DNA of 64,000 nucleotides from Andalucia godoyi And28 (lineage: Eukaryota > Protista > Jakobida), in NCBI GenBank assembly GCA_009859145.1, contig VRVR01000010.1:35211-99210 (forward strand). Reading direction: 5' to 3'. A program made the position numbers and the translations under genes. Shown piece after piece: positions 30,916 through 42,520 of the stretch. How positions within the stretch are numbered: position 1 is the first letter of the stretch; every line of letters starts with the position of its first letter. A model generated the notes under the pieces. It saw only the letters and a program-made list of their open reading frames with translations, searched no databases and had not been told where the DNA came from.

Positions 30916-33900
30916 ATGAGCGATATCAAAGTAGTGGGCAAGTCGTATCGGCCGCTCAATACAACGCGTACGCCTTCGATGTCATCCCTGGATTCCAGTG
31001 TCACTCCCACTCCGAGTGCTAGTGCGATTTCAGCTCAACACCAAGCTCTTCCGTCTGCGATAATTACGACCAGGACAAAGTCCCATGGAACCAAGGAGCC
31101 CCTGCAATCGAGGAAAGCGCAGCTCAATTCCGATCTCTTGGTAAGCGGAAAACATGTTGTACAAATGAACCGCCCTTCTTCTGCCTCTTCAGGTTCAGGT
31201 GATCAGACGTCTAGAACGCACGCCGACACAGTCCGATCAAACATCCAAAATATTGGGCATTTGGAGGCTGCGAATGCAGATGCGTTTTCGTTCAACCCAC
31301 ATGCACTCGAGACAATTCCTGTTTCTGCGAGCCAAGTAGCGCTTGCAGCCAATCAAATCGCGGAAAATGTGGTGCGGAATGCGCGGCTGAACAGCTCGTT
31401 GGGACTCTCCTCGGAATCCGTCAACGGCATCCCACCGGCTGATTCCGTCCCAGCGGAACCAACAATGTCTGTCAATTCTTCTGCGGGGCAGTGGACGATC
31501 GGAAACCCGGCTCTCATTCCCGGCTCTCCCATTCAAACTGTACCGAAGCTGGTCCAACTCGTGCAAACTGCGTCCTCGTCGTCCTCATCGTCCTCGTCTT
31601 CTTTCAATTCCGCCTCGTCATCGCTTCATTCTTCCAAATTGCTCATGGCTCGATCGCTGAAATCCCATTTTCGCTTCAAATTGGCGAAAATGGTGGCTGC
31701 ACACTGGCGGTCGTTCGCAAGAAAAAGGGCTGTGAAGCGGGAGCACTTGCTCGCATGGCACGGATATGTCTGGGCGCACAAACACGATGTGACTCTCAAT
31801 GTTATTGCGGCTACCAAATGCCACGTGTCTCGAATGGCCCATGCCTTCGCGTCCTGGCAGAGATACGTGGACTTCCAACGGGAAAAGATTCGTGAGGCCG
31901 CAAGATTCTGTTTAATCAGGTGGCGTGATTGGAGCCGAAAATGCAAAGTTTCGATGGTCTTACGTCAGAAATGGCACCAAAGAAAGCAAAAGAGCGTTGT
32001 TCGTGATGCATTTCTTCGATGGGCGTTCGAAATGCATCAAAAGGAAGCGCTGCTGAAGCGACGACTGTTTCGATCTTGGAGGCGGCGCGTGCTGTGGAAC
32101 AAGGAAGGACGGTCAGAACTTGCGTCACATGTGTTCGATGCGTGGAGGCATTTTGCGCACAAGAGGGGTCGGTTTTTGTTTCTTGTCTCGAACGTTGTCT
32201 TCAATATTCGATCAGCGTTTCTGATAAGGACTTGCTGGGCTTTTTGGAAACATCGATTCGACTTCCACAAGAAAGTTGGCATGCGCATCAGCCGTATTCG
32301 AGAAGGCTTCGTCAAGGCTGCCGTCATGTCCCTTTGGTCCCGTATCGTTGCCATGCGAAGGCTCCAAATCGTTGTTGCAAAAGATTTTCGACTCCGCTGT
32401 CTGAAGAAAGCATATCTGATATGGAGAAGAAAACAGACAAAACTGCTGCTGGAGCGTGACTATCAAGGCAGTCTACGAGCCGATCTGTGTTACCAAAGAA
32501 TTCTGCTCAGACGCTCCCTGCGTATGCTTTCCCAGTACGCGCTGCACAGTCAGCAGAAACGGGAGAAGCTGCGATTCGCACTGCATTATGGGAATCGCTT
32601 GACAATGCACCGAGTGATCCGTGCGTGGATTGAGTTCCGCAGGGTTCAGCATGAGGATGAGTTCAAAGAACATCTGGCGGATCAGCATTATCAGAGAGCC
32701 ATCAAGCGCGTGGTGATTCGCTCGCTGAAGAGTTATGCGGACGGAGCTGTGGATCGGGAAAGAAAAATGAGAGCTGCAATTCGGTTCATGGCTAATAACG
32801 CCAGTGCGAAAGCCCTTCGTACTTGGAAGTGGTACGCGCTCGAACACCGTCGGCAGTGTCGAAGAAACAATGAAGCAGCTCGAATGTTTCGTCTTGAGTC
32901 CTTGTTCTCCAGCTGGTTTTCGCGTGCTCGGGATGCTGGGACGCAACGTCTGACGTACACTCGCCTGAGGCTGTCGTTCATGAAGTGGATGCAGTATCAC
33001 CGAGAGTGTGGTGAGGAAAAGCTTCTGATGGCCCGTGCTGAAATGCACCATTGCAAAGCTGTTCTGAAAGCGTGTCTGAAGCGAATTGGGAACTACAGTG
33101 TTCGTCGAAGAATCGTCCATGGACAGTACGCTGCGGCGGACTCGTTTTCTGACCATAATCTGCGCCGAGAGGCGTTTGTGACGTGGAAAGAAGCATTCAT
33201 GAACAACGTCCGTCTCCGCAAAAATGAGCTGATTGCAGAAATGTTTGGAAAAGAAAAGGAGCTGCTGCGATCATTTCGCAGCTGGAAGGTGTACGTTCGA
33301 AGTAAGCGCGAAAAAGTATCCATGATTGCAAAGGCGGAGAAGGATTTTAAGTGCCATTTGTTCAAGGTCGGTGTTTTACATTGGCTGAAAGTTGCTGCCG
33401 CTTCTCGGTCGGTGCGTCTACAGGCTGCTGAAGCGCAGCATGCAATTCGGGCAACGGCTGCTATGCGAAGGGTGGACATGATTGCAAGACATTGGAGGCA
33501 GCTGACGCTCAAGCGCAGACTGGCCCGCTCTGGGAACTTCGACGGTGCGCGCACGCCGTCCGTCGTATCTCCGTCGTTGAGCACCAGGCCTGTGGAAAAG
33601 GCTTCATCTAGCATCGGAATATTCTTGGCTCGTCCCATCGAGCCGTCCTCTTCTTTTGCGTTTTCCGGTTTAGATGTGCGTGCTGAGGAGGAAGCAATCC
33701 GACAGCACGACTATCAGATGTTTGAAGTGGTTGAGAAGCGTCGAAGAGAGCGCCTTCCTCCAAAGCCGTTTTCCGATGATGATCCTGCCATCCTACCTGC
33801 GCCACCTGCGCACACTGCACGTGAGCCTGCATTTGTGACGCCGCCGCAAGCTTCTGCGGTAGGATCCGCGACGTCCTCGAATCATCCTGTACATTCTCCC

Positions 33901-34695
33901 ACCACCCCATCGACAACAGCGGCAGCGGCAGCACCACCACCAGTATACAACACTTCACAATCTTTCGCACCGATCCAACAGAAGACGACTACTGGTGGTC
34001 TCACTTCCTCTCTGGCTCCCACTCCGGCTACGCCTTCGCAGGATGGAGCTCCAGTTGTGCGTGCCGACAACCAGTCGCGATCCACAGGCGTTCCTAAACG
34101 TGGCCGATCGCAGACCCCCGAGTCTGCTCGAGGACCGCCGGAAGAACTTCGCCCAGTTGTTGCAACTTCTCCAGTCCGTCGCCGTCCCCCCCTTCCACTG
34201 CAAAGCATCAAGCAAGTCGACCAGGATGATGAAATGGCGGATGTATTGCGCAGTGCGGATGTGGACGCAATCGCAGACATGTTGGGATCCGTCAAGCGAC
34301 GCAAGGACAGATGCCGTGCAGACCAGAGAAGGCTTGCGGAACTGCTTCGCCGAAGGGAGGCGCACACGCAACTGATTACAGGATCTCTTGACGACAGTGA
34401 GGATTCTCGCTTTGGAGACAGTGATGGGGACGGCGATGACAACGGCAGTGGCGACAGCGATGACAATGACGATGACAACGGCCTTTTCCGGTCCGTTGTA
34501 TCGCGCAATTCGGGCACCTCTTCATCGTCGCGATCGGCAGCACGCTGGGGCGTGGATGACGAACGGGCGATACACGAGCTTCGGGGGCGTATTCGAGAGT
34601 ATCGCAGCTGGAGACGAAAGAAGGAACCGCTCATTCAAGAATTGGTTGCCATTGCGACGCAGATGTCATGCCACCCGTCGATGACATCTCTGTGA
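30916..34695 (+). CDS. Sfi1-like centrin-binding protein
   Basis: Many tandem ~23-33 aa repeats with L/F-x-x-W-R/K (e.g. LFRSWRRR, VFDAWRHF, ALRTWKWY, SFRSWKVY) over the central 700 aa. Confidence 0.85.
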   Translation: MSDIKVVGKSYRPLNTTRTPSMSSLDSSVTPTPSASAISAQHQALPSAIITTRTKSHGTKEPLQSRKAQLNSDLLVSGKHVVQMNRPSSASSGSGDQTSRTHADTVRSNIQNIGHLEAANADAFSFNPHALETIPVSASQVALAANQIAENVVRNARLNSSLGLSSESVNGIPPADSVPAEPTMSVNSSAGQWTIGNPALIPGSPIQTVPKLVQLVQTASSSSSSSSSSFNSASSSLHSSKLLMARSLKSHFRFKLAKMVAAHWRSFARKRAVKREHLLAWHGYVWAHKHDVTLNVIAATKCHVSRMAHAFASWQRYVDFQREKIREAARFCLIRWRDWSRKCKVSMVLRQKWHQRKQKSVVRDAFLRWAFEMHQKEALLKRRLFRSWRRRVLWNKEGRSELASHVFDAWRHFAHKRGRFLFLVSNVVFNIRSAFLIRTCWAFWKHRFDFHKKVGMRISRIREGFVKAAVMSLWSRIVAMRRLQIVVAKDFRLRCLKKAYLIWRRKQTKLLLERDYQGSLRADLCYQRILLRRSLRMLSQYALHSQQKREKLRFALHYGNRLTMHRVIRAWIEFRRVQHEDEFKEHLADQHYQRAIKRVVIRSLKSYADGAVDRERKMRAAIRFMANNASAKALRTWKWYALEHRRQCRRNNEAARMFRLESLFSSWFSRARDAGTQRLTYTRLRLSFMKWMQYHRECGEEKLLMARAEMHHCKAVLKACLKRIGNYSVRRRIVHGQYAAADSFSDHNLRREAFVTWKEAFMNNVRLRKNELIAEMFGKEKELLRSFRSWKVYVRSKREKVSMIAKAEKDFKCHLFKVGVLHWLKVAAASRSVRLQAAEAQHAIRATAAMRRVDMIARHWRQLTLKRRLARSGNFDGARTPSVVSPSLSTRPVEKASSSIGIFLARPIEPSSSFAFSGLDVRAEEEAIRQHDYQMFEVVEKRRRERLPPKPFSDDDPAILPAPPAHTAREPAFVTPPQASAVGSATSSNHPVHSPTTPSTTAAAAAPPPVYNTSQSFAPIQQKTTTGGLTSSLAPTPATPSQDGAPVVRADNQSRSTGVPKRGRSQTPESARGPPEELRPVVATSPVRRRPPLPLQSIKQVDQDDEMADVLRSADVDAIADMLGSVKRRKDRCRADQRRLAELLRRREAHTQLITGSLDDSEDSRFGDSDGDGDDNGSGDSDDNDDDNGLFRSVVSRNSGTSSSSRSAARWGVDDERAIHELRGRIREYRSWRRKKEPLIQELVAIATQMSCHPSMTSL

Positions 34696-35062
34696 GTTGT
34701 ACAGAAAGAAAACAAGAAGCACTTCAAAAATTGTAAATATTGTGTCATGAACCGCAGCGAATGTCCGAACAACTAATTCACATCATGACACAGTGTTTCC
34801 TTCTTCTTCTTTCTCTCATTTCTCTTGGCGGCACACCCATTTTTATTAAAAGCAAAGAATCCGGGAAACCGGTCACGCAGCGTCCGGAAAACAGACAAAA
34901 CAAAAGACCCTTTGCTTAAATAGAATTAAAACAACAGAAACCGACAAAAAAGAAAGGGGGGGAATTAAAAAAACCGGAAAATCGGTAACGGGAGAAGTTT
35001 CGGACTCTCTGAATTCAATTTTTATGGAAGCATCCTTCCTTTTGTCAAGAATCCAGAAGAAA

Positions 35063-36655
35063 TTACTCGTTCTTGTCTTTCTTGCGATCAGTTGTGGTGG
35101 TGAAACCTCCAGCGACAGCAGGTCCCTCATTGTCATCATCGACGTTGTCGCTTGCCTCTGCAACCGTTGCAGGCCCCGGCACTGCAGGAGAGCGGGGAAC
35201 CTTCACACGATCATCGTCATCGCTTCCAGAGCAAACGAGCACCATAAGAAGAACGACCGAAATGACAACTAACAGCAGAGTCACCATCGCAAGGTACGGG
35301 TTTTCGGTCACAAACATTGTGAGAGAAACGAAAAAGGAATCGAACCAACCCTTGCCGCCACTGCTGATCTTGAGTTTCTGGGAAGGAATCGCACCGCTGC
35401 GCACGTCCGCCACAAACTGCTTCCATGTAGCATCGTCGTGGTTGGCAATCTGAACAAGAGATGCTGGAGCTTCGTAGTACAAGTCACCTGCAACATCAAG
35501 AGCCAGGACGCGAGGCAAGGAGTCCAGCGAAATCCCAAACGCGTCCTTCAGGTAGTTCGAGTACTGGTTCACATCGATCCAGAGACATGTGAACTTCCCT
35601 GGATACGACACCTTGATGTGACGAGCCAGTGTGTGCAATCTCTGTCGCAGCATCTCAAACGTTCCCGAGGACTTGCTCTCAAGCAAGATAATGGCCGTTC
35701 GTCCGGTCTTCTTTGCCCACGAGTACGTTTCTGAGTTCATTTCAGGAACCAGTTCCATGCGGTTCTCATCCATCCAAGACTCCAGCGACTCTGCTAAATT
35801 TGTACCTCGTCGCGAGGAAAACACAAACACATCCTGGTCTCCATCGACGCGGATCACATGGACAGCCGGCAAGAGCTCTGACACCACGTCGATCTTAATT
35901 GACTTTGCAACTCCGAGCTCATTCCCAACTGAATACGAGACCGTCCCTGCTGGCTGGAACTTCTTTGCGACACTTGCAAACGTTTCATATTCCTTGGACG
36001 ACTCTGGTCCGACAAACACAAACGCAACACGAGTCTGTTTCAAATCGATGGCTTGGTGTGCATTCCCTGCGTCGATCTTCATCACAGGAGGACCCTTCAT
36101 CACAGATGCAAATCGTACAAGCGACGTCGTTTCGCGTGGTCCTTCATACGGAAAGTCGTCCCCGTCTCGGAAATACTTGATTGTTGGATATCCGCGAATA
36201 TTGAATTGGCTGCAGACCGCTTTTTCAACAGTGCAGTCGACCGATCCGAAATATGCAGCTCTGGACTCTTCGGCGGCAGCCTTGAACTTTGGCGCAAGAC
36301 TTTTACAATGACCACACCCTGTTTGATTTCATCAACAAAAAAAAAACCCCCAAATAATAATAACAATAATGATAAAAACCACCATAAAACCCATAGGTAC
36401 CGAAAATTGGAAAAGATGAAACATTGTTAGAACTTGTAAATAGGGAACGCGACCAGAGGAATGAATGCAATAAGCAAGGTATATAAGATGAGCTCACATA
36501 CATGGTGCAAAAAACTCGATGAGCCACTCTCCCGAGGCAGTCTTTTGGGCAAAGTCGGAGTCTGTAAGTTCGTATACTTGTCCATATTCTAGCGAACGTG
36601 ACGATGCCACCAACGATGCAATCAAAGCAAGCAGCATGAGCTTTGCCGCCATCAT
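35063..36655 (-). CDS. Transmembrane protein disulfide isomerase, TMX3-like; join(36655..36502, 36318..35063)
   Basis: Signal peptide; WCGHC active site rebuilt across a 183-nt GTATGT...CAG intron (36501..36319); b/b' domains, C-terminal TM helix and basic KKDKNE tail. Confidence 0.9.
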
Positions 36656-37421
36656 CACTGTCCGTGTGTTCGTATGCACCAAGCACGTTTTTTTTTTCAA
36701 GAAATTAAATTAAATTAAAAAAGAGGAGAAGAGACACCCAGAGAAGCCGAGCGTTTCTCAACTCCGGAATATGGGAGGACGTTCAAGAAAAAGTTCTACT
36801 GCGAATGATCTTTTTTGGCGTACGACGCGTGTATACGGGCACAAGGTATTTTTGCATTCATTCATCTCGGGGCGGCATGTCAGCTTTGTAATCGACGAGA
36901 AGCTTCCAATAAATAAATAAATATATGTGTATATATATATATATATATTTGAGAGGTGACTCCAAGGCAGCAACGCAATTGGTGGCAACCCACTATGCAG
37001 TTTGCGATGGTGAAACGACTGGTTTGCAATAGTATACGTCTGACTGATCCTTTTTGGCTGCGCAACAACAGGCAGGGCTCGCTGCAGGGGTTTCCTGATT
37101 GAGAATCGAAAATTATGCTGCTATGCTGAACGAGCAGATCAAGAACGCCCGCAGTCCATGAGCAGAAACCTCGGGGTAAAAAGCACTCCGCCACAAGAAG
37201 ATCGTCCCGAGGACACGTATCAAGCAAAGGCTCGCGTCCTGGGATTTCTCACACCTCGCAAGCTTTGGTGACCTCCCGGAAAGAAGATTTGGGGCGGTTT
37301 TTTATGATATGGTTGTTCGACTTGTTTTGAACCGGAGTACACAGAAACAATGCTGGTTGTCACTGCGCCTTGCAGTCTTTCTTGTTTCCTCGCTAAAATA
37401 CGCGCCGTCCGTTGCGCCTTG

Positions 37422-38125
37422 TCAGCGAGTGTACGAGGAGATAGTGGTTGCGGTTGCCGCTGATTCGGGAGAAGACGGGTGACTATTCAGTATTCGCCAC
37501 CGGCGAACGATTTCCTCCCACGGCAGCTGCAGACTGTCTTCATATGCTTGCAGAACTTGCTCCGCTGTGTTCAGGCCATATTCTTCTACGAAAAGACGTC
37601 AGAGCTAGATCACGAGAGAACAGAAAACAACAACTGATATTGCAAGACTGAAGTAAAATTTGGTTTTGTGCAGAAAAACATACGTCTCATTTGGTCATAT
37701 TGGACATAGTCGGCTTGCGATATAGCAGATGCTGCTGGCGCTTCACTTCGTTCCGTGGAGGAATTCGAACTGAGCCCCGATCCAAAGGCTTCTCTTGCGT
37801 GACTGATCCGCCCTTCGAGTCTGGATTGTCTGTTTTCCGTTGCACCGTCGAGATGGATTGTTTGCCCAGAGCTCGCGATAATCTGTGTCGGGTACGTTCC
37901 AGAAACGTGCGCCACTCCCGACGGATGCGTAATGATGATGGTGATCGGCTCAAGATCCGCCGACTCTGAAAACACATGGAACGGCGAGTTCCGTCGTGCA
38001 CCACCTTCGCCTTCAGGATCACGAACTGGACTGCTGGGCCGGTGATCCCGAAGCGCATTCTCAATCACAAAATGAAGCTGCGACGCGTGCAGCCTTCCGC
38101 AACTCCGCACTTTCTTGGCGGGCAT
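37422..38125 (-). CDS. Hypothetical protein; probable join(38125..37684, 37585..37422)
   Basis: ORF interrupted by GTATGT at 37683; CTGAC branch-like site and TTTTCGTAG acceptor at 37586 give an in-frame helical continuation (DQMRQEYGLNTAEQVLQAYEDSL). Confidence 0.5.
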
Positions 38126-38627
38126 GTTTCTTTTTGCAAGTTGTACAGTTGAATTAATTCTGCACGAAGAAGGCCGAAGAAAACAATACACTGAGGAAGA
38201 GGGGTGCTTTCTTAATCAAATGCAAAGGTTGCATGGCTAAAGGACGCACACACGCACCCTCACAAACAGAAAAGGTTTCCCTCTCGCGTTTCTTGACCGT
38301 TAGTTCGATTTGGCTACAAGTCTGCATGAAATTTTGTGCCCCAGGTGCAGGGAGGCTTCCACTGTTTGTGCGCGTCGCAGTCCACGGTTCAAGTGAACTG
38401 CAGTCTGCTCTGCCCTTCTTCCATTGAATCCCTGCAACCCGCACTCGCACATCGGGGCCGTTCCCGTTCCCGTTCCCGTTCCCCTCCCGTTCCCCTCCCC
38501 TTCTTCCCCTTCCCCTTCCCCGGCCCTTTTTTCCAATGTCTTCGCAGTTCCTTCTCACGCCCCCCTTCATCGATCTCCCTTTGTGTGGATTGAAAACTGC
38601 AAAGACTTGCATTCCTTCCACTGGTCT

Positions 38628-38698
38628 ACGCTCGTGGTCTAGGGGTATGATGTGATCCTGCCACGATCACGACCGGGGTTCGAGTCCCCGCGAGCGTA
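38628..38698 (+). tRNA. tRNA-Gly (GCC), copy 3
   Basis: 71 nt identical to copies 1 and 2; TTTACTTTTTT follows. Confidence 0.95.
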
Positions 38699-38962
38699 TT
38701 TACTTTTTTCCCTTTTTTCCCTTGTTCGTTTCTGGACATGCATACTTTTTTTTTTTTGCTTTCCCCCGAAGTTTCAAACACGTGAATTGAGAAAGCGCCC
38801 AAGACAAAAGGAGAGAAAGAAAGAATAGGAATAGGAAGACGAAAACGAAAGCGAAAAGAAACGAAACGAAACAAACAAACAAACAATAATCAGAAGGTTG
38901 TCTTATTCCTGGTTTTGATATTAGAGAGAGCAGATCTGCACAGAGGAGACGAGAAGGAAGCC

Positions 38963-39328
38963 ATGTCTGGTCCATCAGCATCTCGATTGTCACGATACAA
39001 GCTGAACTTTTTGAACTTCATTGCTGCTTCGACAGTTGTTGGACTTGGTCTGAAGATTGGCAAGATGTCATCTGAACTGAAGCAGCTCCAAACCGACAAG
39101 ACTGAGCTTCAAACTGCAGTTTCGCGGCTAGTGGAAACGGATTCATTTTCAGACCGGGCAGAAATGGCAGAGCAGGTTCTGCGGAAGACGTCCAAAGCCG
39201 ACGTGGACGACAAGAATAGGCCGGCAAATGTGGTTCCCATGCCAGGTGACGACAGAGACAAGGCTACCGAGCGCACGGAAATCGCAGCGCTTGTTCGCGG
39301 ATCCCAATCAAAGTCATCCTCATCCTAA
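38963..39328 (+). CDS. Small single-TM coiled-coil hypothetical protein
   Basis: ATG 38963; basic leader, hydrophobic FLNFIAASTVVGLGLKIG, then heptad-like LKQLQTDKTELQTAVSRL. Confidence 0.6.
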   Translation: MSGPSASRLSRYKLNFLNFIAASTVVGLGLKIGKMSSELKQLQTDKTELQTAVSRLVETDSFSDRAEMAEQVLRKTSKADVDDKNRPANVVPMPGDDRDKATERTEIAALVRGSQSKSSSS

Positions 39329-39469
39329 CCACCGCTGCGCAGCGGTTTTGTGCTTATCATGTACAGAAAGATTTTAAGAAATAACTAATTGAAAGAACAG
39401 GTAATGGGAGCAAGCAATGCTAACACAGCAATCAATAGTAAATTAATAACGACAACCAAAAGAGACAGG

Positions 39470-39472
<3 letters not shown>

Positions 39473-39534
<62 letters not shown>
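39473..39534. repeat. (GA)n microsatellite
   Basis: Direct read. Confidence 0.9.
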
Positions 39535-39537
<3 letters not shown>

Positions 39538-39559
39538 GGATGGTGAGCGGATGGCGGCG

Positions 39560-41689
39560 TTAGGACGCCCACGATTCTCGCTGGTATCGCTTCTCTGACT
39601 TCAGCATTTCGAGGAACTCGCGTGCTCGGAGCTCTGTCCACGGTTCCGCAGAGGACGGGTCCGTGGAAGTGAGGCACTGAACAAGAGTTTCGTGAACGTC
39701 TCGCACCATTCCCTGCGCATCGCCGCACACCATCATCCACGCATTATGCTCCAAGAGCCACTTGCGAATCTCGACCCGATGCTCCCAAAGATGGTCCTGG
39801 ATATACTTGCCACCATTCCGCATAGATTGTATTTGCGGATCCTGCGAGAATGCACAAGAGCTGCGTGAAAGACAGCCGGAGGACAGCCAAGTTGGGATCT
39901 CCGACCGAACAAGATGGTCCTTTTCGATCTGGCGGCATCCAAAAAAGAGCCACCAAGGGGACAGCACCAACTGCGAATCCAGCTTGCGTCTCCACGCGTG
40001 TACCATTCCTTGTCTTCGTCGCAGAAATGCACGAAAGGGAGCGATCCCCGTTCCAGCAGCAACGAGAATCATCGGAGGCGCCGACGCTCCGACAAGGCAC
40101 GGCAAGCGAAATTCGTGCGATGGGACCACGGAACATGCAACCCGAATTGCCGACCGAAGAGCAGAGCCACACAGCGAGGAAATCTGTGATTCAAAGTAGG
40201 ATGTTGCAAGACCACGGAATGAGCGCTCTTCCGATTCACGAGATTCCGCGACGGAAAACACAACCTCTACCGAAGCTCTCGAAAACGTCGCATTAGGAAC
40301 GTTCAGCAAAAGCGCAGACAAGCAAGAATGCAAATCCTCTGTCGATGAAGAGGAATCCGTTTTGGTCCGCACGCCATCCGCAAAACAGTCATCGACGCTC
40401 GTGTGAGAAGACGAATGCTCCAACAAGGAAGCAAACGGATCGTTCGCAAGCGAATAGTACCTCGGTTTAAATCGTGATAGATGAGGCAGGAGTCCTTCGA
40501 GAGTTGGCTTGCACGACGGGCACAGAGTCCGGATTGTTTCCGCCACTGTCAGCTTCTTTTCCACGATCTCGCACTGAAACTCCTCGAGTCCCTCTGCCGA
40601 GGCGAGAGTCTCCAACCGTGTCTTTGTGCTTTGGATATCTGTGCACTCCGCCAGATAGCGTAGCAACGAGGGGGTCACAACATCCAAACTCACCATGTAC
40701 GTCAAGCAGTCCTCTGCGAAGCACGGGGTTTGCACATACGGCGGAAGCTTCTCGGAATGACGGACCACCACATCTCCAGCGCAATCGCAGATTCGCAGAG
40801 TTGCATCGACATCATTTCCTCTGTTTGGGACTCGGATCGCAAGAGCATCCCCAACAGCGAGGCGGGACCACAGCCGATCATACTTTGCCCGATCATCCCC
40901 ATTCGACTCCAACGACGACGCGTCTGGGAAAGAAAGTCTCATGTCCCAAACTTGGCGGACAGCATCGGGCGAAGTCAGCTGTCTAGCGTCTGCCAAATTC
41001 AGCCATACAAAGTCGGTATCCGCGCATCGAGTCAGCCATTCGTGCCCACTGGCCAAAACCGTCTTTTGATCCACAGACTGTGCGACCATTTCTCCTCGTC
41101 CTGCTTGCTCTTTCCCTTCCGCCTCCCTGCCCTCTGCATCTGTTCTCGCAAGCTGCCGACTGTCATTTACTGCACCGCTGTCTGTTCTGGTGAAGGAAGG
41201 CGTCGCTGCAATAGCCTCGCTCAACGCAGGCCACAGAGACTTGCACCATGGATCAACCACCTGGTCCAAACCAACTGCATCGTCTGCTTCTCCACGGGTC
41301 TTAAATTTCTTTGCTCCGATCTGCAACAGAAGCTGGTCAAGAGTCTTTCCCGCATTGCAGAACTTGTCGTAATTCGTGTCACCCAGAGCCAACAACGCAT
41401 ACTTCCACGACTGAAATGGTCGAGAATCTGGCAGAGACGGATCGTTTTTTCGAGAAATCTGCTTCAAATGTCTGAAAAACTTGGCTGCATTGTCCGGCGC
41501 ATCCCCGTCCCCAGTCGTCGAACATACAATGACTGCAATCGAGATCTGATCAAGCAGATTCTCAGAAACCACATCGTTCAAAACTTTGTATTTGCTTGCA
41601 ATTCCACGAGTCAGTGCTTCCGTATACAGCATATGAGATATCGATTGCGCAGTCCCATTTGCAGACCCATACAAAAAAAACACAGTCAT
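39560..41689 (-). CDS. MTRR: Diflavin reductase, methionine synthase reductase-like
   Basis: Flavodoxin FLYGS.NGTA, STTGDGDAPDNA, LALGDTNYDKFC, GEADDAVGLDQVVDPW..LWPAL; FAD RYYSL; NADPH AGTGIAPF, FFGCR, MVCGD. Confidence 0.8.
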   Translation of the reverse strand: MTVFFLYGSANGTAQSISHMLYTEALTRGIASKYKVLNDVVSENLLDQISIAVIVCSTTGDGDAPDNAAKFFRHLKQISRKNDPSLPDSRPFQSWKYALLALGDTNYDKFCNAGKTLDQLLLQIGAKKFKTRGEADDAVGLDQVVDPWCKSLWPALSEAIAATPSFTRTDSGAVNDSRQLARTDAEGREAEGKEQAGRGEMVAQSVDQKTVLASGHEWLTRCADTDFVWLNLADARQLTSPDAVRQVWDMRLSFPDASSLESNGDDRAKYDRLWSRLAVGDALAIRVPNRGNDVDATLRICDCAGDVVVRHSEKLPPYVQTPCFAEDCLTYMVSLDVVTPSLLRYLAECTDIQSTKTRLETLASAEGLEEFQCEIVEKKLTVAETIRTLCPSCKPTLEGLLPHLSRFKPRYYSLANDPFASLLEHSSSHTSVDDCFADGVRTKTDSSSSTEDLHSCLSALLLNVPNATFSRASVEVVFSVAESRESEERSFRGLATSYFESQISSLCGSALRSAIRVACSVVPSHEFRLPCLVGASAPPMILVAAGTGIAPFRAFLRRRQGMVHAWRRKLDSQLVLSPWWLFFGCRQIEKDHLVRSEIPTWLSSGCLSRSSCAFSQDPQIQSMRNGGKYIQDHLWEHRVEIRKWLLEHNAWMMVCGDAQGMVRDVHETLVQCLTSTDPSSAEPWTELRAREFLEMLKSEKRYQRESWAS

Positions 41690-42008
41690 TGGCAAGTATC
41701 AGCGGGAAGCACTCCGTTTCCTCTTTCTATTTCTCAGACTCTTGCAAATCGCCTAAAAGACAACATCAATAGATAATAATGAAATTAATGAAAATAATGA
41801 AAATAATAAACAATACTCAGGATACTGGTTCGATTCTTTTTGAACTTGCGGCATGCGGAAAGATGATTGGCCGGATCTTCGGCGCTCGGGCCGACAGTTC
41901 GGGGGGAAATTGCCCGACGTCCCTCGAAACAAAAATCTGCCGTACGAGCAGATCCATCGAGATTCGTCCGTTTTCCAAAACGTTTCATTTCATTTCATGG
42001 TTCGTTTA

Positions 42009-42054
<46 letters not shown>

Positions 42055-42135
42055 AACTCCCTCCCCATTCATCGTTGAATCGTCACATACAACGTACACA
42101 GTGGCTGGAGAAGTAGAGAACAGCAAGTGGGTGCA

Positions 42136-42481
42136 ATGTCGCGACCTGCTGCTCCTTCTGCCAATCCGGTGCGGTACGAGTCTCCTTCCAAGTCGCGGTT
42201 TCTTGAATTTTCCTATTTGTGGACGCGACTCTTGTCCAATTCGACGATTCCACACTTGATGAAACATTCTGTTGTCTATGATGAGCTTTCAGATTCATTG
42301 CTTGTCTTTGGCGGAGAGGAAAAGACGGTCGGCTTGTCACCACTTAAATCATCCAATTCTCAAAAACCCATGAATCCCTCGGCCAACTTTTCTTCTTCTT
42401 CTTCTTCTTCGTCGTCGCCGCCGCCGCTGTTGTCGCAAAGCGCACACAAATCGAAACTATCCAGTGCGCAACAGGGAATCC

Positions 42482-42520
<39 letters not shown>

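Noticed and set aside
37049-37059. CCTTTTTGGCT resembling U2 stem I
   Set aside because: No GTGTAGTA branch-pairing sequence or Sm site.
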